Shown: one piece after another, positions 1 through 12,870 of the stretch
Layout: each line of letters starts with the position of its first letter
Position numbering within the stretch: the first letter of the stretch is position 1
Source of the DNA: Lama glama
Lineage: Eukaryota
Reading direction: 5' to 3'
Assembly: GCA_028534125.1 (NCBI GenBank)
Contig: CM052817.1
Coordinates: forward strand, 59,274,001 to 59,338,000
DNA length: 64,000 bases
Position numbers and translations under genes: made by a program
The notes under the pieces: generated by a model
The model's input: the letters and a program-made list of their open reading frames with translations, nothing else
The model's database searches: none
Told to the model about the DNA's origin: nothing

Positions 1-2559
1 TGTACTATATTATGTTTCAGGGTTGGGGAGTTAAGATATCAAATCAGTGTCAACATACTAGGTACCAAGGTTGTGTTAATCTGCCAGCATTATAGATGTA
101 ATTAAGGCCAGTTGTTAGTAATTAAGGCTTGAGTTACTTGAGCTTGAGGTAGTCTACTGTCTCTAGTATCCATCACTTTTATGCAGGGTCAAACTGATAT
201 AATTTAGTGGGAAAATGATGGGGTACCAGCAGCCATGCGTCTGTTAAATATTTAAATATGACATTAACTTCCAAACTTCCCAGCATGTGATATTCCTCCT
301 GTTTTACTATCTCCTAGAGGGAGGGGAAGTTTCAGAGGCTTCCACTTTGTTTTTCTCATTATTCTTTTTAACACATATACCAAGAACCTAATGTGGGGTT
401 TTACTAAATACCATTCATGTTTATTCTGATTATATATTCAAAGACCAGAGAAGTAACCATCATGCAGATCCACAGACTAGATCCATTTAACTATCTGGCC
501 CCCACATGGCCCCACCCACTGAGGGAGCCACAAGATTGCTTCGAGTTTCTGGGGGTCAATGTCAGCCTGAACTCTGTTTCCAACAATCCTCACAATATGT
601 TCTGCTAGTATATATACAGTTGCCAGAGCAAATCACCACAAGTTTCTTTGGAGAAAAACTAGAATATTCATCACCATTATAGTAACTAACCATGGAGAAA
701 GGATCCAAGAGTCAATGGATTCTAAACTGGCTCAGGTCTACAAACTGAAAAGGATTGTTTTGTGACTTTTTATTGAGGCAACTTGGTTTCTTTTGAGGGT
801 AAAAATTAAGCCATACTCTTTTCAGCTGCTCATGTTTCTTTGTTGTTGTTTTGACTAATTCTATTAAGCTGCTGATGTACTGCATCTTCGAGACTTCTGC
901 ATGGACAAGTGTTATATACGTGTATTTTTCACTCAGTTCTCTTTTCTACAGGGACTCTGTTGGAATCTTCACAGCCAGGGTGGTAACAGAATTTCTCTCT
1001 TCCATTTTACAGACACTGTGGATAAAATGACCTACTCCCAGTTGCTATGTTCTCATCAATCTAGTCTCACGGTTAACACTGACCTTATACTATTATTTTC
1101 CTTAGTCTATCATGCCAATCAATTCTTACTATAATCTACAATCAGCTTTCTATGATTGATGGATGTGTTGGTTTGCTGTCTATATATCCTGGACACAGCG
1201 TTTCTGGTGTTTCTATAATCTGGAAGGAAAAGAAATTTCTAGGCATTTAAGCTGTAATTGTGGAAAGAGCTCCACTTTGCCTCTGCATTATATCAAAATT
1301 CTTTTGTAGTTATTTTCATAGAACTTTTAAATAATGATTTTATCTTTGCAGTGTTTTATCAATGTATTAATTTACTTGACATCCTTAATAAGCATTTAGT
1401 TGTCTCCCCCCAAATTCCATGATCTAGAAATAACCCATTATTTCTCAAGTATGTTTAGCTAAAACTGTTAGCTATATGTCCTCAGCAAATGCTTCTTATG
1501 ATTAAGTATACATACCCACCTATATATGTGTACACAGATATACTTATAAATATTTATATATAATATTTTACATATTATATATATTTTTTTCTATTAGAAG
1601 TTTGACTTACAATACCTAACACACTAGAAGCTTGATCTGGACCTTAATAAGACCATTAGCAATCACAATGTATTTGATCCTAAGAAGAAATTTACAAATT
1701 TACTTTAACCTGAGTGTTTAACGCTGCAAGATACAGAGAAAATAGATACAAAACCATGTGCACAAGGAAAACAGACTTTTTATTTGATCTAATTCCTCAT
1801 GGGTGTTCAAGTAGAAAATGAATAAAAGCATTTAATTATTTAAAATGGAATAACATATTAGAAACTCCTCAAAATACGTCTCACACGCAGATGGTAAGGC
1901 AGTTACCAATACTGTCCCACTAATTCTCACAGAATCTTCATTCATGTACAACGCCTTAAATAAAAGCAAGTGAAATTCAATCGGTAGTAATAATTTTCTG
2001 CAGACCCCGTATATTATTGTTGAATACTTCCTTTAATAACTTGATTAATTACCTAGCCTTCCTTTTAACTTCAAATCCTTCCTCTGTACTGGTCTCTTCA
2101 TCTCATTGTTGCACTTTAGTAAGCTCTAACTCTTGGAACACCAAATTCTGCTTTTTTTGTTTTTTTCCACAGCAAACCTTCTAGCCATGATTGATGACAT
2201 GCAGCTTTCATTTCCCTTTGTTTATTCACTGCTCAATCCCTTTACATGTGGTTTTCACACCAGTACTGAAAATGAAGCTCCATTCAGACCTCTTTACAGT
2301 CTGCCCATCTAAATGTCATAGTGTGTCCCGAAGTTTACTAGAACTCACAAAGTACCTTCCCAACAAACCCCAACAGTCAGTCCGTTCCATTTTCCTCACT
2401 TTTTCTCACTTTTAAAACATAATGGTAGCATTAACACTTACTCTCCCCAAGTTTAGGCTCAACAATTAGATAAACCATTGATTTATCCTTCTAATCCTTT
2501 TCTGTCCCCATTTTCAGTAGTATTATGCTTCCTTATCATAGATTATTTCAATAATCCTA

Positions 2560-3015
2560 TGTATTAATTTCCTTTTGCTGTTGTAACAAGTTATCACAAC
2601 ACTGCATACGTTTCTTACCTTGCAGCGTGGAGGTCAGAAGTATGAAGTGGTTCTCACTGGACTAAACACAAGTGTTGGCAGGACCACATACCTCTTCCGC
2701 CACTCTCAGGGAGACACGGTATCCTTTTCCAGCTTGGCTCAGGCACATACTGCGTCTTCAGAGCCTGCAACGACCAGCGGAACCTTTCTCACATCGTATC
2801 ACGCAGACGCTAAGTCACGTGGGGCCTCTCCCATATTTAAAGGGCTCTGTGATTATATTGCGCCCACCTGTATAATCCAGGAGACACTTTCTATTTTAAG
2901 TTGATTAGCAATCTTAATTCCATCTGCTACCTCAATTTCCTTTACCATGTAAGGTAAGATATCCAGTTTCTAGGGATTATGATTTGGGCAGGGTCCTACC
3001 TTTCTACCTACTACT
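2560..3015 (-). mobile_element. MaLR solo LTR, MLT1D/MLT1E-like
   Basis: Reverse strand reads ...taatccctagaaactggatatcttaccttacatggtaaagg...gcagatggaattaagattgctaatcaacttaaaatagaaag...tcctggattatacaggtgggcgcaatataatcac..., ending aattaataca; typical MLT1 motifs. Confidence 0.85.
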
Positions 3016-3850
3016 TTCTGCAATAAACCTTGGCATATGTACATTTTTCTGCAATAGGGCAAGTATAGTATTTATGTAATTTATATTTATAGAAGTAGAA
3101 CTGCCAGGTTAAAGTATATAAATAGACTTTGTTAATAATTCTTTCTGAAACACTCTTCAATATGTCCTGTTGTATATTCTAATTAATAGAGTCTGAAACA
3201 ACTGTCCTCTAAATATTTACTGTAGTGGATATGTGGGTGCTCTGCCCAGATTACCTTTACTGGCTACACATTCCGTTCTGGGGAGCGGCAACAACCAATA
3301 ACTGGTAAAAGGTCTCAAGTTACTAACTGTTGCAATTAGTGTCCTCAGCTGCTCATAGAGCGGAGCTGAAACTGCCCTCCTGCTGACTGTATCCTGTCTC
3401 AGCTTTCTTCTGAAGCCCTGTCCTGGTTCCTTCATTCCTCATCTCCTGAGAGTATTTTCTCAAGAAATCACTAGCACAGAAATCCTAAATCTCAAGCTCT
3501 GCTTTCAAAGAAGCCAGCAAAGATATTTACCAGTACTGACAATTATTAAACTTTTAATTGCTGCAGGTTTGATTGGTGAAATGCTTATTTATGGTTGAGA
3601 CTCTTTAAATGTCGCTGGCTGTTTCTACTTCAGCAGATTGGCTAACTCCTTTACTAAATTGATCTATTCAGATTTTTCTTATTAATTAGTAGGTTGTTTA
3701 TGTTAAATATATTATATGTTAGTAATAAGAGTTTCCAAAAATTACCTTCCCCACTTTTCACTTCATTTATGAACAATTTTTTGTGATTTTTTTCTTTTTT
3801 TTTTTTGGTGATTGTCTTTTGACAAAAGTAATTAAAAGTATAAATAAGAT
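3016..3850 (-). mobile_element. Ancient L1ME-type fragments (split by the LTR16-like insertion)
   Basis: Highly decayed antisense L1 3'-region motifs (agaagtagaactgccaggttaaag; attattaaacttttaatt...gtttgattggtgaaat) on both sides of the LTR. Confidence 0.5.
3221..3525 (+). mobile_element. ERVL solo LTR, LTR16-like, with 5-bp TSD TTTAC
   Basis: Starts tgtagtggatatgtgggtgctctgcccagat; ends with an LTR16/33-type tail (gcacagaaatcctaaatctcaagctctgctttc...aagata); TTTAC at 3216-3220 and 3526-3530. Confidence 0.75.
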
Positions 3851-3899
3851 TGCACTGTGTTATTATAGGGAATAAAAATCACGTCTTAGGGTTACGTGT

Positions 3900-5880
3900 T
3901 TTAAATTTGTTTATCAGTTCTAAGTTTCTTTTCTGGCTTTCTAAGAGTGCACAACATCATGTCATCTGTGAATAGTCTGAATGCTGTTATTACATGAATG
4001 GCCTGGCTAGACCTTCCTGTACAATGATGAATGTAAGAGGCTACAGTGGATGTTCTTAACTCATTCCTGACCTTAGAGTGAAGGAATTCAGTGTTTCTGA
4101 ATTAAATGTGATACCGGTTATAGACTTCTTTGTTTGCATCCTTTATCAGGTTGAGAAACCTCCCTTTTATTCATTGTTTTGCTTTGTTTTTATCATGAAA
4201 CAGTGTTGGATTTTGGCAAATACTTTTTCTGTGTTGACTGAGTTCATCACATGGTTCTTTTATCTTATAGATATGGTGTATTATATGAATTTATTTTGAA
4301 TATTAATCTAATTAAAATTAGAAAATTAATCTAATTTTCTATTCCTAGGATATATCCTATTTGGTCATGGTATTTTGTGTGTTTCTGGGTTTAGTTTGCT
4401 AGCATTTTGTTGACGCTTTGTGCATCTATATTTATAAAATAGATTGATCAGCAGTTTTATCTTCTTGTGATGTCCTTGTCTGGTTTTGGTATCAAGGTAA
4501 TACTGTACTCATGGAATTAGTTAGCAAGTGTTCTCTCACATTTATGGAAGATTTAACGAATTGCTATGAATCATTTTTCAAATGTCTGGTAGGGATACAT
4601 GAGTAAACTTTCTGAGTGTTAGTTTATGGAACATGTTTTTTAAACTACTAATTTTTAATCTCTTTACTTGTTATTGGTCTATTAAGATTTTCTAATTCTT
4701 CCTGAGTCAGTTTTGGTAGTTGGTATCTTTCTAAGAATTTCTTTCAACATTTTTACTATGATGTATCTGTATGTGAATATATTTGTCTTTATACTACTTG
4801 GAGTTTGCTGAACCTTTGGGATATGTAGATTAATGTTTTTCATCAAATTTGTGAACTTTTCAGACATTATTTTTTCAATTTTTTTCTGTTATTTTTTCTC
4901 TCCTCCTTTTGATATTCACCTTCATGTATTTTGATTTGTTTAATGTTTTCCACACTTCTCTGAGGATCTGTTCATTTTCTTCATTCTTTTTCTGACTTTT
5001 TTTGGATTGCATAATCTCTATTGATTAGTCTTCACTTTTGCTGACTTTTTTTCTTCTGCCAGTTCATTCTGTTCTTGACCCCCTCTGGTGAATTTTTCAC
5101 TGAGTTATACTTTCAACTTGAGTTTTCATTTGGTTATTTTAAAAATGTATGTCTCTTTATTGATATTCTCTCTTTGATAGCTGATTGTCATCACACCTTC
5201 ATTCACTTCTTCAAGCATAAGGTCTTTTAATTCTTCAAAACTATTCATAATGGCTGCTTTGAAGACCTTTTTTTAAGCTTGTATCTGAGCTCTGTCACAA
5301 GCTGTTTCTCTTGTATGCTTTTTTCTCTCTGTATTGGTCACACTTCCCTGTTCCTTTCATGTCTAGTAATTTCATATTCAGACTGGACATTTTAACTAAT
5401 ATGTTGTGCCAATTCTGGATACCAAGTCCTCATACCCCTCTAGGGCTTGTTTCTTTCTTATTTATCTGTTTAGTGTCTTCGTTGGACAACTTTAGTGAAG
5501 TCTATTTCATCCACAATGTGAACCCTGCCCCTTTTAGGTGGATACTATAGCCTTTGACTCAGAGCTGAGGGATAAGGAGCCCCAATTCTTGGCTACTTCT
5601 TCCCAGAGTGGAGAATCCATCAGGCTGAGCTGGTAGTGGGTAGAGGGAAGCAGTGGACTATGGTTAATTATCAAAGCCTATTGATGATCTTGCTGAGAGT
5701 TCATAGATCTTCTTGAATAAATGTTACTTCATCTCCTATATGTTCTTAGGATAATTTCCAGAGACGTTAAATACATGTTTGATTTTTAAAATAGTTTTCA
5801 TCAGTTATAAATGCTTCTCTGATATGCTCACCACAAGCATACGACAGGTCCAGAAAACTTTTTACACATAATTCCAGAAG
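3900..5880 (-). mobile_element. Old L1M (L1MD/L1M4-like): 5' UTR plus ORF1 part joined to an ORF2 part
   Basis: ORF 4682-4867(-) resembles ORF1p (EKFTNLMKNINLHIPKVQQTP...YIIVKMLK); 3950-4740 is antisense ORF2 (atcatgtcatctgtgaatag; gtctggttttggtatcaaggtaatactg). Confidence 0.85.
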
Positions 5881-6165
5881 TTAATCTATCCACAATTAGA
5901 CTTTCCTACTTTGTTTCCCTAATTTCATGTCTTGAAATTATTTATTATTCTACAATGAATCAAGAAAGAATATCTGTTCTTCACGCATAATTTATCCTAC
6001 CAAGGTGGCAACCTGCCTTAAAATGATATTAATAAGATTCTATTTCCCACCAATTATAAGTTGAAATTTAGTCATCTTGAAATGAATTTTTGTAATTATC
6101 CTGTTAAACCCTTTTACTGTGCTTTCCAGATTTTCTTAGTTTTAAAAAGTCCTCTTTTCCTGAAC

Positions 6166-6386
6166 TAGTACTTCTCATCCAAGGATAATTTTGCCCCTCT
6201 GAAGACATTGTCAATAACTAGAGGCATTATTGATTGTCATGAAAGAACCAAGGAAAGAATGTGCTTCTGGCATCTAGCAAATAAGAGACAGAGGTGCTCC
6301 TAAACATCCCATGATGCACAAGACAGCATTCTACAACAAAGAATTACGGGAGCAAATGCCAAGGGTGCCAAGTTTTAGAAACCCTG
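6166..6386 (+). mobile_element. MER20 hAT-Charlie non-autonomous DNA transposon
   Basis: tagtacttctc...attttgcccctctgaagacatt...ctggcatctag...ctaaacatcccatgatgcacaagacagc...acaacaaagaattac...agaaaccctg; about 220 bp, full length. Confidence 0.9.
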
Positions 6387-8435
6387 CCCTAATCAGTTTG
6401 TCTGCCTTAATAGATTTGTCTGCCCTCTGAAGGATATTATATCAGCCATACCACACATATAGAGGTATAGCATGTATCTCATGCTCTCCACAACCTTTAC
6501 TAAAAAGATTATGTCTAACTTTTAATCCAATAGAATTTTAAAACACTCATATCAATTCTCTCCTGGAAGCAAATAAATAAATAAATAAATAATTTTAAAC
6601 AACATATACAAATTTAATGTAAATATTTCCTCCTATTTTTCTTTGAAAAATAATAAAATTAAACCTTTTATATATAGCAAAACAAAAACCTAAAACCTTA
6701 ATGCATTGCCAAAGAAAAAATAACTTATTCATTCCAAAACAAGAATCTTTCCTTTTAAGCAATATAAATTGTATTTACCTCAAACATACAACAAGAAAAA
6801 AAAAAAACCAGAATCAATGAAAGCAAAAATCAAATGAATGGCAGAGTAAAGTACCATCAAAAACATCTCAAACTCATCTCAAGATAAAGAGAAATAGGAC
6901 TAGAAAAGGAATAGAACTCTATTAGACTAGCAATAGCGTCTCTAACAGAATGTACACATACTACTGTCTGCTTCTTTTTGGTGTTCAGCCAAATATAGTT
7001 GCAAACTATATGAGCGGATAAATGTAAAAAATGTATTCCAGAAACTGGAGAAATATAGTTTATGCCTGTCCGAAGCAACCCCATGGAATGGAGGCATTTA
7101 TAAAGCTCTTAAGTTGTTTTCAGGAAGATCTGTTCTTCAGCATTATTTGTTACTTATATTGGACTTATGGGGAGAATCACTGTTAAATGACTTCTGTATA
7201 GGTATATGAAATTACTCCTGGTAAACATTAAAAGTAAACACTCATTTAAAGTTAGGACTTATTAAATAATTTATAACATTTTACTATTTATAACAGAATA
7301 TCATTTTACTGTCTTGGTTTTATAATTATCAATGTATGTACACACACATGCATACATAATGCTTGCACACACAGAATCACTTCCTAAGGTAGAAACCAAA
7401 TAGTTACAATTTAAGATGCAATAATGGATTAAATAGTAAAGTCTTTAAACCTCTTGCATTAACAGGAACCACATGTAGTAATCCAAAGCCTGAAGTTATT
7501 ATTGGATTAAAATATCCTTTAACTCATGAAAGACCAGATAGTTTTTTTTCTCTTGTTAATTATTTAACTAAAAGTTCAATAAATCTCCCCTTTTTTTCCT
7601 TAGTTTTCTAGAATCAAATGATACACGACTTTACAGTTACTCTCCTTTAAGACTTGTACTAAGGTGAAATGTTGTCTTACACACCATTTTAAGGAGAGAA
7701 ATGATACATATACATATAGGTGTAAACTGTTCAAATTGATTCCACTCTTCCATAGCAAGTGGTTTAATAAACTTCATACCTTGTTACATGAGATCTTTGA
7801 GAACACTCTTGTTTTTCCACCTGAAGTTTGCTTAATATTTGCAAGTTAGAAGTTCAAAGCAAGCAAAAATGCTTTTATAATTTCATACAACTGAGAGGAC
7901 CAAAAATTATTACTAAATTGCGAATATTAATGAGAAATCCAAATGTAAACTGAACTATTTTACCTTAATTGCAGAATACTCTTCCCTGGATTTAGAAAAT
8001 CATTGAAGAGATTGTGTTATCATTATCAGAAGTTTATTGATTCCTTACTACATGACTATCTAGATATTAGGAACTGAGAGAAATTGTAAGAAAAAGTGAA
8101 GCTTTGTCTTTGAGTACCTATATAAATGCTAAGTGATTCTGCCTCACTTATGTACATGTTAGTTTCTATTGCTTTTTTTAATAGTAAACTGGCCTCTTCA
8201 TCTGCCTGCCTCTCTGAAATTGATCACTCTTAATTTGTTTTCAGAAATCAGCAGTGTGAGAGAACATTTGGTTCTCTCGCATTGCGGTTACACCTTTTAG
8301 CTTACCATGTAGCAGTTAAGTGGGATTCCGAAATAAACTTACATCACATAAAAAGTTCAAACACTTAAATCAGGAGATCATGTTTGATATCACTCTTTTT
8401 CAAAACTTCAAGGCTTATTTTTGACATGAGAAATC

Positions 8436-8510
8436 AATGTTGGCAGAGTGGAGGGTCAGGAGTCTAGAGAACTGGGTCCTAGATTCAACTCTGCCTCTAA
8501 CCAGTAATAT
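8436..8510 (+). mobile_element. MIR SINE fragment
   Basis: ggagtctagagaactgggtcctagattcaactctgcctctaaccag resembles the MIR tRNA-derived/core region. Confidence 0.55.
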
Positions 8511-9308
8511 AAATAAAATTCATATTTTAAGGCAAGATGAGAAAAAATTAAGCAAATTTTTTCTGTTTATTTGTGGCTCTTCTCTCACCTCTAGTATGCA
8601 TCATGCATCTGCATTATCTAGTAACCAGACCTCCCCAATCACAGAAGCACCTGATAAACAATAAAGATCATTTTTTCTTATTTTGGCACCAGCCGTGTTA
8701 ACTCCTTAGAAGATAACATTCCTTTCTCAACCCTGAAGGGGCCATGAAGACTACCACTCCCCTTGTACCTGCAGATATCTTTGGTGAACTTTATGTACAA
8801 ATGCCAATAAATCATTTCCCTTAAAGATAGTGATTGATACAGAGCAGAATGGGTCAGACGACCTGGGGAGATACTGGGCTACACTTAACAGAAGTTTTTA
8901 GCTTAAATACTTATTTATGACCTTATTAATGTCACTAGCTATGCTATTTGTATTTTGTCTATTTTACAAGATTGTTATTTTCTGCATTACCAAATGTGTG
9001 ACAGCCTCCAGTAAAAATAATGATGACTAGGTGTCTTGAAATGATTGACCGAAGATAGTTTCATAAGATCAATGATTGCAATTGTGTAACTCTAAGTATG
9101 GGAAGAAACAGTGAGAGGGAATCATTTCCTCAACCATGACAGACTGGAAAGACAGGGGACCAGAAGCTTTGGCTGCTACTTACAGGACCTAGTCCAGTAA
9201 TAGCATACTGACTAGCCTAGCGATGAAATCCTCTCCTGACCTGGGAGTGAGCATTTCAAGCACATGGGACAAACTGGTCACAAAATGTCTCCCAGTCCTT
9301 GGTCAAAG

Positions 9309-9794
9309 TTAAGACTGGAAGGGAGGGAATTCTAAAATAAAGAATGCTGCCCACCATTCAGTTCTGTAAGAATCAAGTAATCAGCCACTGCAGTCACTGA
9401 CCTACAATCTATCCTGAAAGGCGTTCAGGGCAAAGATCAGGATGAGGAATTTTGTGCGGTGGGAAAACTGATAGAACTGGCCCTCAGACAGTTAGATATT
9501 TTTAGGAGAAACTTTTATGAACCTGGTTTCTTGCATCTTCCCATACTCAGAAAAGCACTGAAACCATCGACTTAGGTGTCTGTTCTCCACGAATAGCAGT
9601 AATCTTCTACCTAGATGTGTGCTTGATTGCACACACCCCTTTGCCAAATCACATATATACTGGCCTCCCCCTACCTCTTTGGAACTGTCCTCAGAGCCTT
9701 CTGAAAGTCTGTCTCCCAGGTTAAAATCCACAGGTTTGCTCAAGTAAAATTTTTCATTTCTTTCTTAGATTGACTATTGATTAATTTTTCAACA
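9309..9794 (+). mobile_element. ERV1-class solo LTR, MER34/LTR39-group, probably cetartiodactyl-specific
   Basis: aaataaagaatgctgc...tcttgcatcttcccatac...agaaaagcact...acctctttggaactgtcctcagagc...tgtctcccagg, terminating ttttcaaca; 5' boundary uncertain. Confidence 0.75.
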
Positions 9795-9868
9795 CCAGTT
9801 TGGGTTCTCAGACAAGTCACACCATTTGTGACACAGTTTCTTCACCCACAAGAAAGAGTTATAAATTA

Positions 9869-10038
9869 CAGTAGTGCTTTTGAACTTTAATATGCCTTTG
9901 AATCACCTAGAGAATCTTGGTTAAACCCAGATTTTTATAAAATAAGTCGGAGATGGGGCTCTAGACTTTGCATTTCTAACAACTTTCTAGGTGATGCCAA
10001 GGCTACTGGTTTGACAATCATGTTTTGTGGAATAAGGG
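9869..10038. mobile_element. MER5A-type hAT-Charlie MITE
   Basis: gaatcacctagagaatcttggttaaa...tggggctctagactttgcatttctaacaactttctaggtgatgcc...gctactggt. Confidence 0.85.
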
Positions 10039-10947
10039 GCTATGATTTGGAAATTTCTATCCAACATTTGAATTTACCCATGGTTTTAAGATATTCTGAG
10101 GATGTCTTCAATCAGCTTGGTAGATAAAACAATCAGTTTAGCAAAACCCTTCAATTTCTTTACACAGTTTTAGCAATCTGAATAGAAACAGTTACTAAAA
10201 CTCTTGCCCTTTTATATTTTGGGAAATTTGTAACTTCTCAAAGAATTTCTCATGTCTACTGTATTGAGCAGTGGAAGATTTTGCTGCTGAGGTGTTCTCT
10301 GAAGCAAACAGTAGATGTATTGACCTAATTATACTTCATGAACTTATTTTTAAAATCAAAGGCACATTAACATAAAACTACTGCTCTGCCAAAAAGACAT
10401 GTTGGCTTTCTTCATACGAATTCTAATTCCTGTTTATTGATGCAGCAGTTAAAATCACAGGATAGCATAATTTAGAGACAGCTTTTATCTCTGAGTTGAC
10501 AATGTGTGTGAGAATTACCTGGCATGCAAGTTCAGAAATGACCTTGTTTTACTGTAAACAAATTGTTAATCTGTGGAATTGTGGTGATTCTACAAGATGA
10601 TCTGTAATCTATCATGTTTCCTTCTGTGTGTTGTTTCAGAAGCACAGTAATTAGAGACAAAATATTCTTGCAATACCATCATGAGGATTCGTGTAGAGCC
10701 TCATTTTTTGATGATGTGATAATACAGGTAAAGCAGACTCATTTCTCTATAGAACAGAAATACTATCTGAACATAAGATTCTAGATTCTAAGTGATTTCA
10801 TGTAAGATTATTAAAAGAAATTTTACTCTTGATGGATCTGGAGTTCTGAAAATATCCCTCACACTTTCCTTATCTCTGATCCATCCAAAAAACACCACTG
10901 AAATTTGAGGAAAATGTCAGTAAAGGATATGTGTGTTTGTGTACATG

Positions 10948-10953
<6 letters not shown>

Positions 10954-11000
<47 letters not shown>
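10954..11000. repeat. (TG)n microsatellite
   Basis: About 20 uninterrupted TG units seen directly. Confidence 0.97.
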
Positions 11001-11002
<2 letters not shown>

Positions 11003-11072
11003 ATATCCTTTTCATAAAGGACATACTAAAGGATGTCCTTATCTATTTTTTTCAATAAAGAATATATATATA

Positions 11073-11304
11073 ATGGAAGACAAGATCCAAGATGGCACCA
11101 GAGATTTCTACCTGCCAGTATACATGCTTCTTAAAATCCCCACCCCTCAAATGTTGGAATGTGATGGCATATCACTCTGGTAATTGTTACATTACATGTC
11201 AAGAGAGATTTTGCTGTTGAATTTTAGATCTGTGATTAAATCAACTCTGAGTTAATTAAAAGGGATATAATCCTGTGTGGATCCAACCTAATCAGGCAAG
11301 CCCT
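11073..11304 (+). mobile_element. MLT1E-like LTR 5' fragment
   Basis: aagatggcaccagagatttctacctgccagtatacatgc...ttacattacatgtcaagagagattttgc...gagttaattaaaaggga...cctaatcaggcaagccct. Confidence 0.75.
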
Positions 11305-12639
11305 AACTATACCTCCAAAACTCCCTTTTCTAAATTCCTAGAAAACCTGCTAGACTGTTTAAAGCTTACTTTTACACTCTTTCCAGAGCCATCCGTGTTG
11401 ATGAGCACTGCCGCTGAGCTAGCTGAGTCTCCTGCACATGTATTTGCTATTTTAAAATGGCAGTTGCTATATTTTCTCCCAAAATATAAGAGCTAGCACT
11501 ATTTTTGAGAACAGGTAAAGCTGAAATCAATATCATGTTATTTCAGAGTACCTGGAGGCCATGTGCTTTCATTGTCAAAGGGACAATCTTTTTGAACTGG
11601 TACAGCACTGATTAAGAAGAAATAAATGTGTTATTTATAATTCCCTGCTGCCTTCTAAAGACCCAAAACCTCAGAGAATTCTTTATTTTATGAGTGGACA
11701 TTGTACCTGAATATGTGCATTTCGAGGAAATAGAAGAATAAAATTAGTGTGCTTTAAAAAATAAAGAAAGGCACAGAGAAAATAAAGAACAGGGAAAAGT
11801 GTACAAAGGCAGGTAGAGAATGTCATATTCATGGGAGTAAGAGACATACTTAGGGTGGAGTCATGTCAAGACACAATTAAGGAAATTTTATACTATGAAG
11901 GAAGTAGTGTAGCCCCCCGTACTTCTCCCCCTTTGAAATCTCTAGTTTAATTTATATTAGCCATTATTGCTTTGTAGGGTGAGTTATTTCAAGAGAACGG
12001 CTGAGTGCTGCTTCAAAGTTGGCTTGGAAGAAAAACAGAAGCTGTGCAAAGGGCACAGATTACATTTAGTATTATAGTTTATTTAGTATCCACTGTAAAT
12101 GAGTGGATGGATGCAATCAGTGGTTTTACATTTAAGATCTGGTTCTGCTAGCAATTGGAGAGGGACACTAAAGGTACCACTCATGCTCTTGATGAGGACA
12201 AAATAGAAAAGAGTGACAAAGAATGAGTCACTTCATGGCATAACTGGGTATCTTGTGCAGGTCCCTTGTTACAAATATAAAACCAACATACTGTATCGTG
12301 TGTCATTCACTATCTATAGCCAAATTCCTTTCAACCATCAAGATCAGTGTATACTCAATGATAAAACAGCAGACATAATATGGGTAACTTTTATCTCTTC
12401 AAACTGCAGTGTTGTCTGTCTGTGTAATTCTTCATGGAGTACTAAAACTATATTTTTGATTAAAATTAAAGTTAGTAGTTTATTAATGGAAAAATGTTAG
12501 TTAGACACCTTAAAGAAAAAGCACAATGAGAAGTAATGGTTTCCAAGTTTTCCCTCCAGGAATATTTCCTTGCTGAAAGCCTACCTCTTCAAAGCAGCTA
12601 GCCAAGATTTTGTCGGAGGAAGTTTATTTGTGGTTACTC

Positions 12640-12870
12640 ACAGTGATAAACCTTCACTGACTTGGGTTTAATCCTGACTCTGCTATTTACTAAATTGTAT
12701 GATCTTGCCAAATTACCTAAGTCTCAATTTGCTTATCTATATATTGGGAGTGGTTAGTTCTACCAATTACATAGAGTTTTTTGAGAAATAAATTATAGCT
12801 GATGTAAAAACAATAAAATATGGCCTAATAGGAGTTACAAATATGCAAATAGGCAATAATAATAGACTAT
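12640..12870 (+). mobile_element. MIR SINE
   Basis: gggtttaatcctgactctgctatttactaaattgtatgatcttgccaaattacctaagtctcaatttgcttatctatat matches the MIR core. Confidence 0.8.

Noticed and set aside
9309..9794. Interferon-inducible MER41-like enhancer
   Set aside because: No TTCnnnGAA (GAS) motif found by eye, and the 3' end looks more MER34/LTR39-like
10905..11183. Cys-rich ORF (CVCVCV)
   Set aside because: Translation of a (TG)n microsatellite; the same applies to 27140-27337 and 63289-63477
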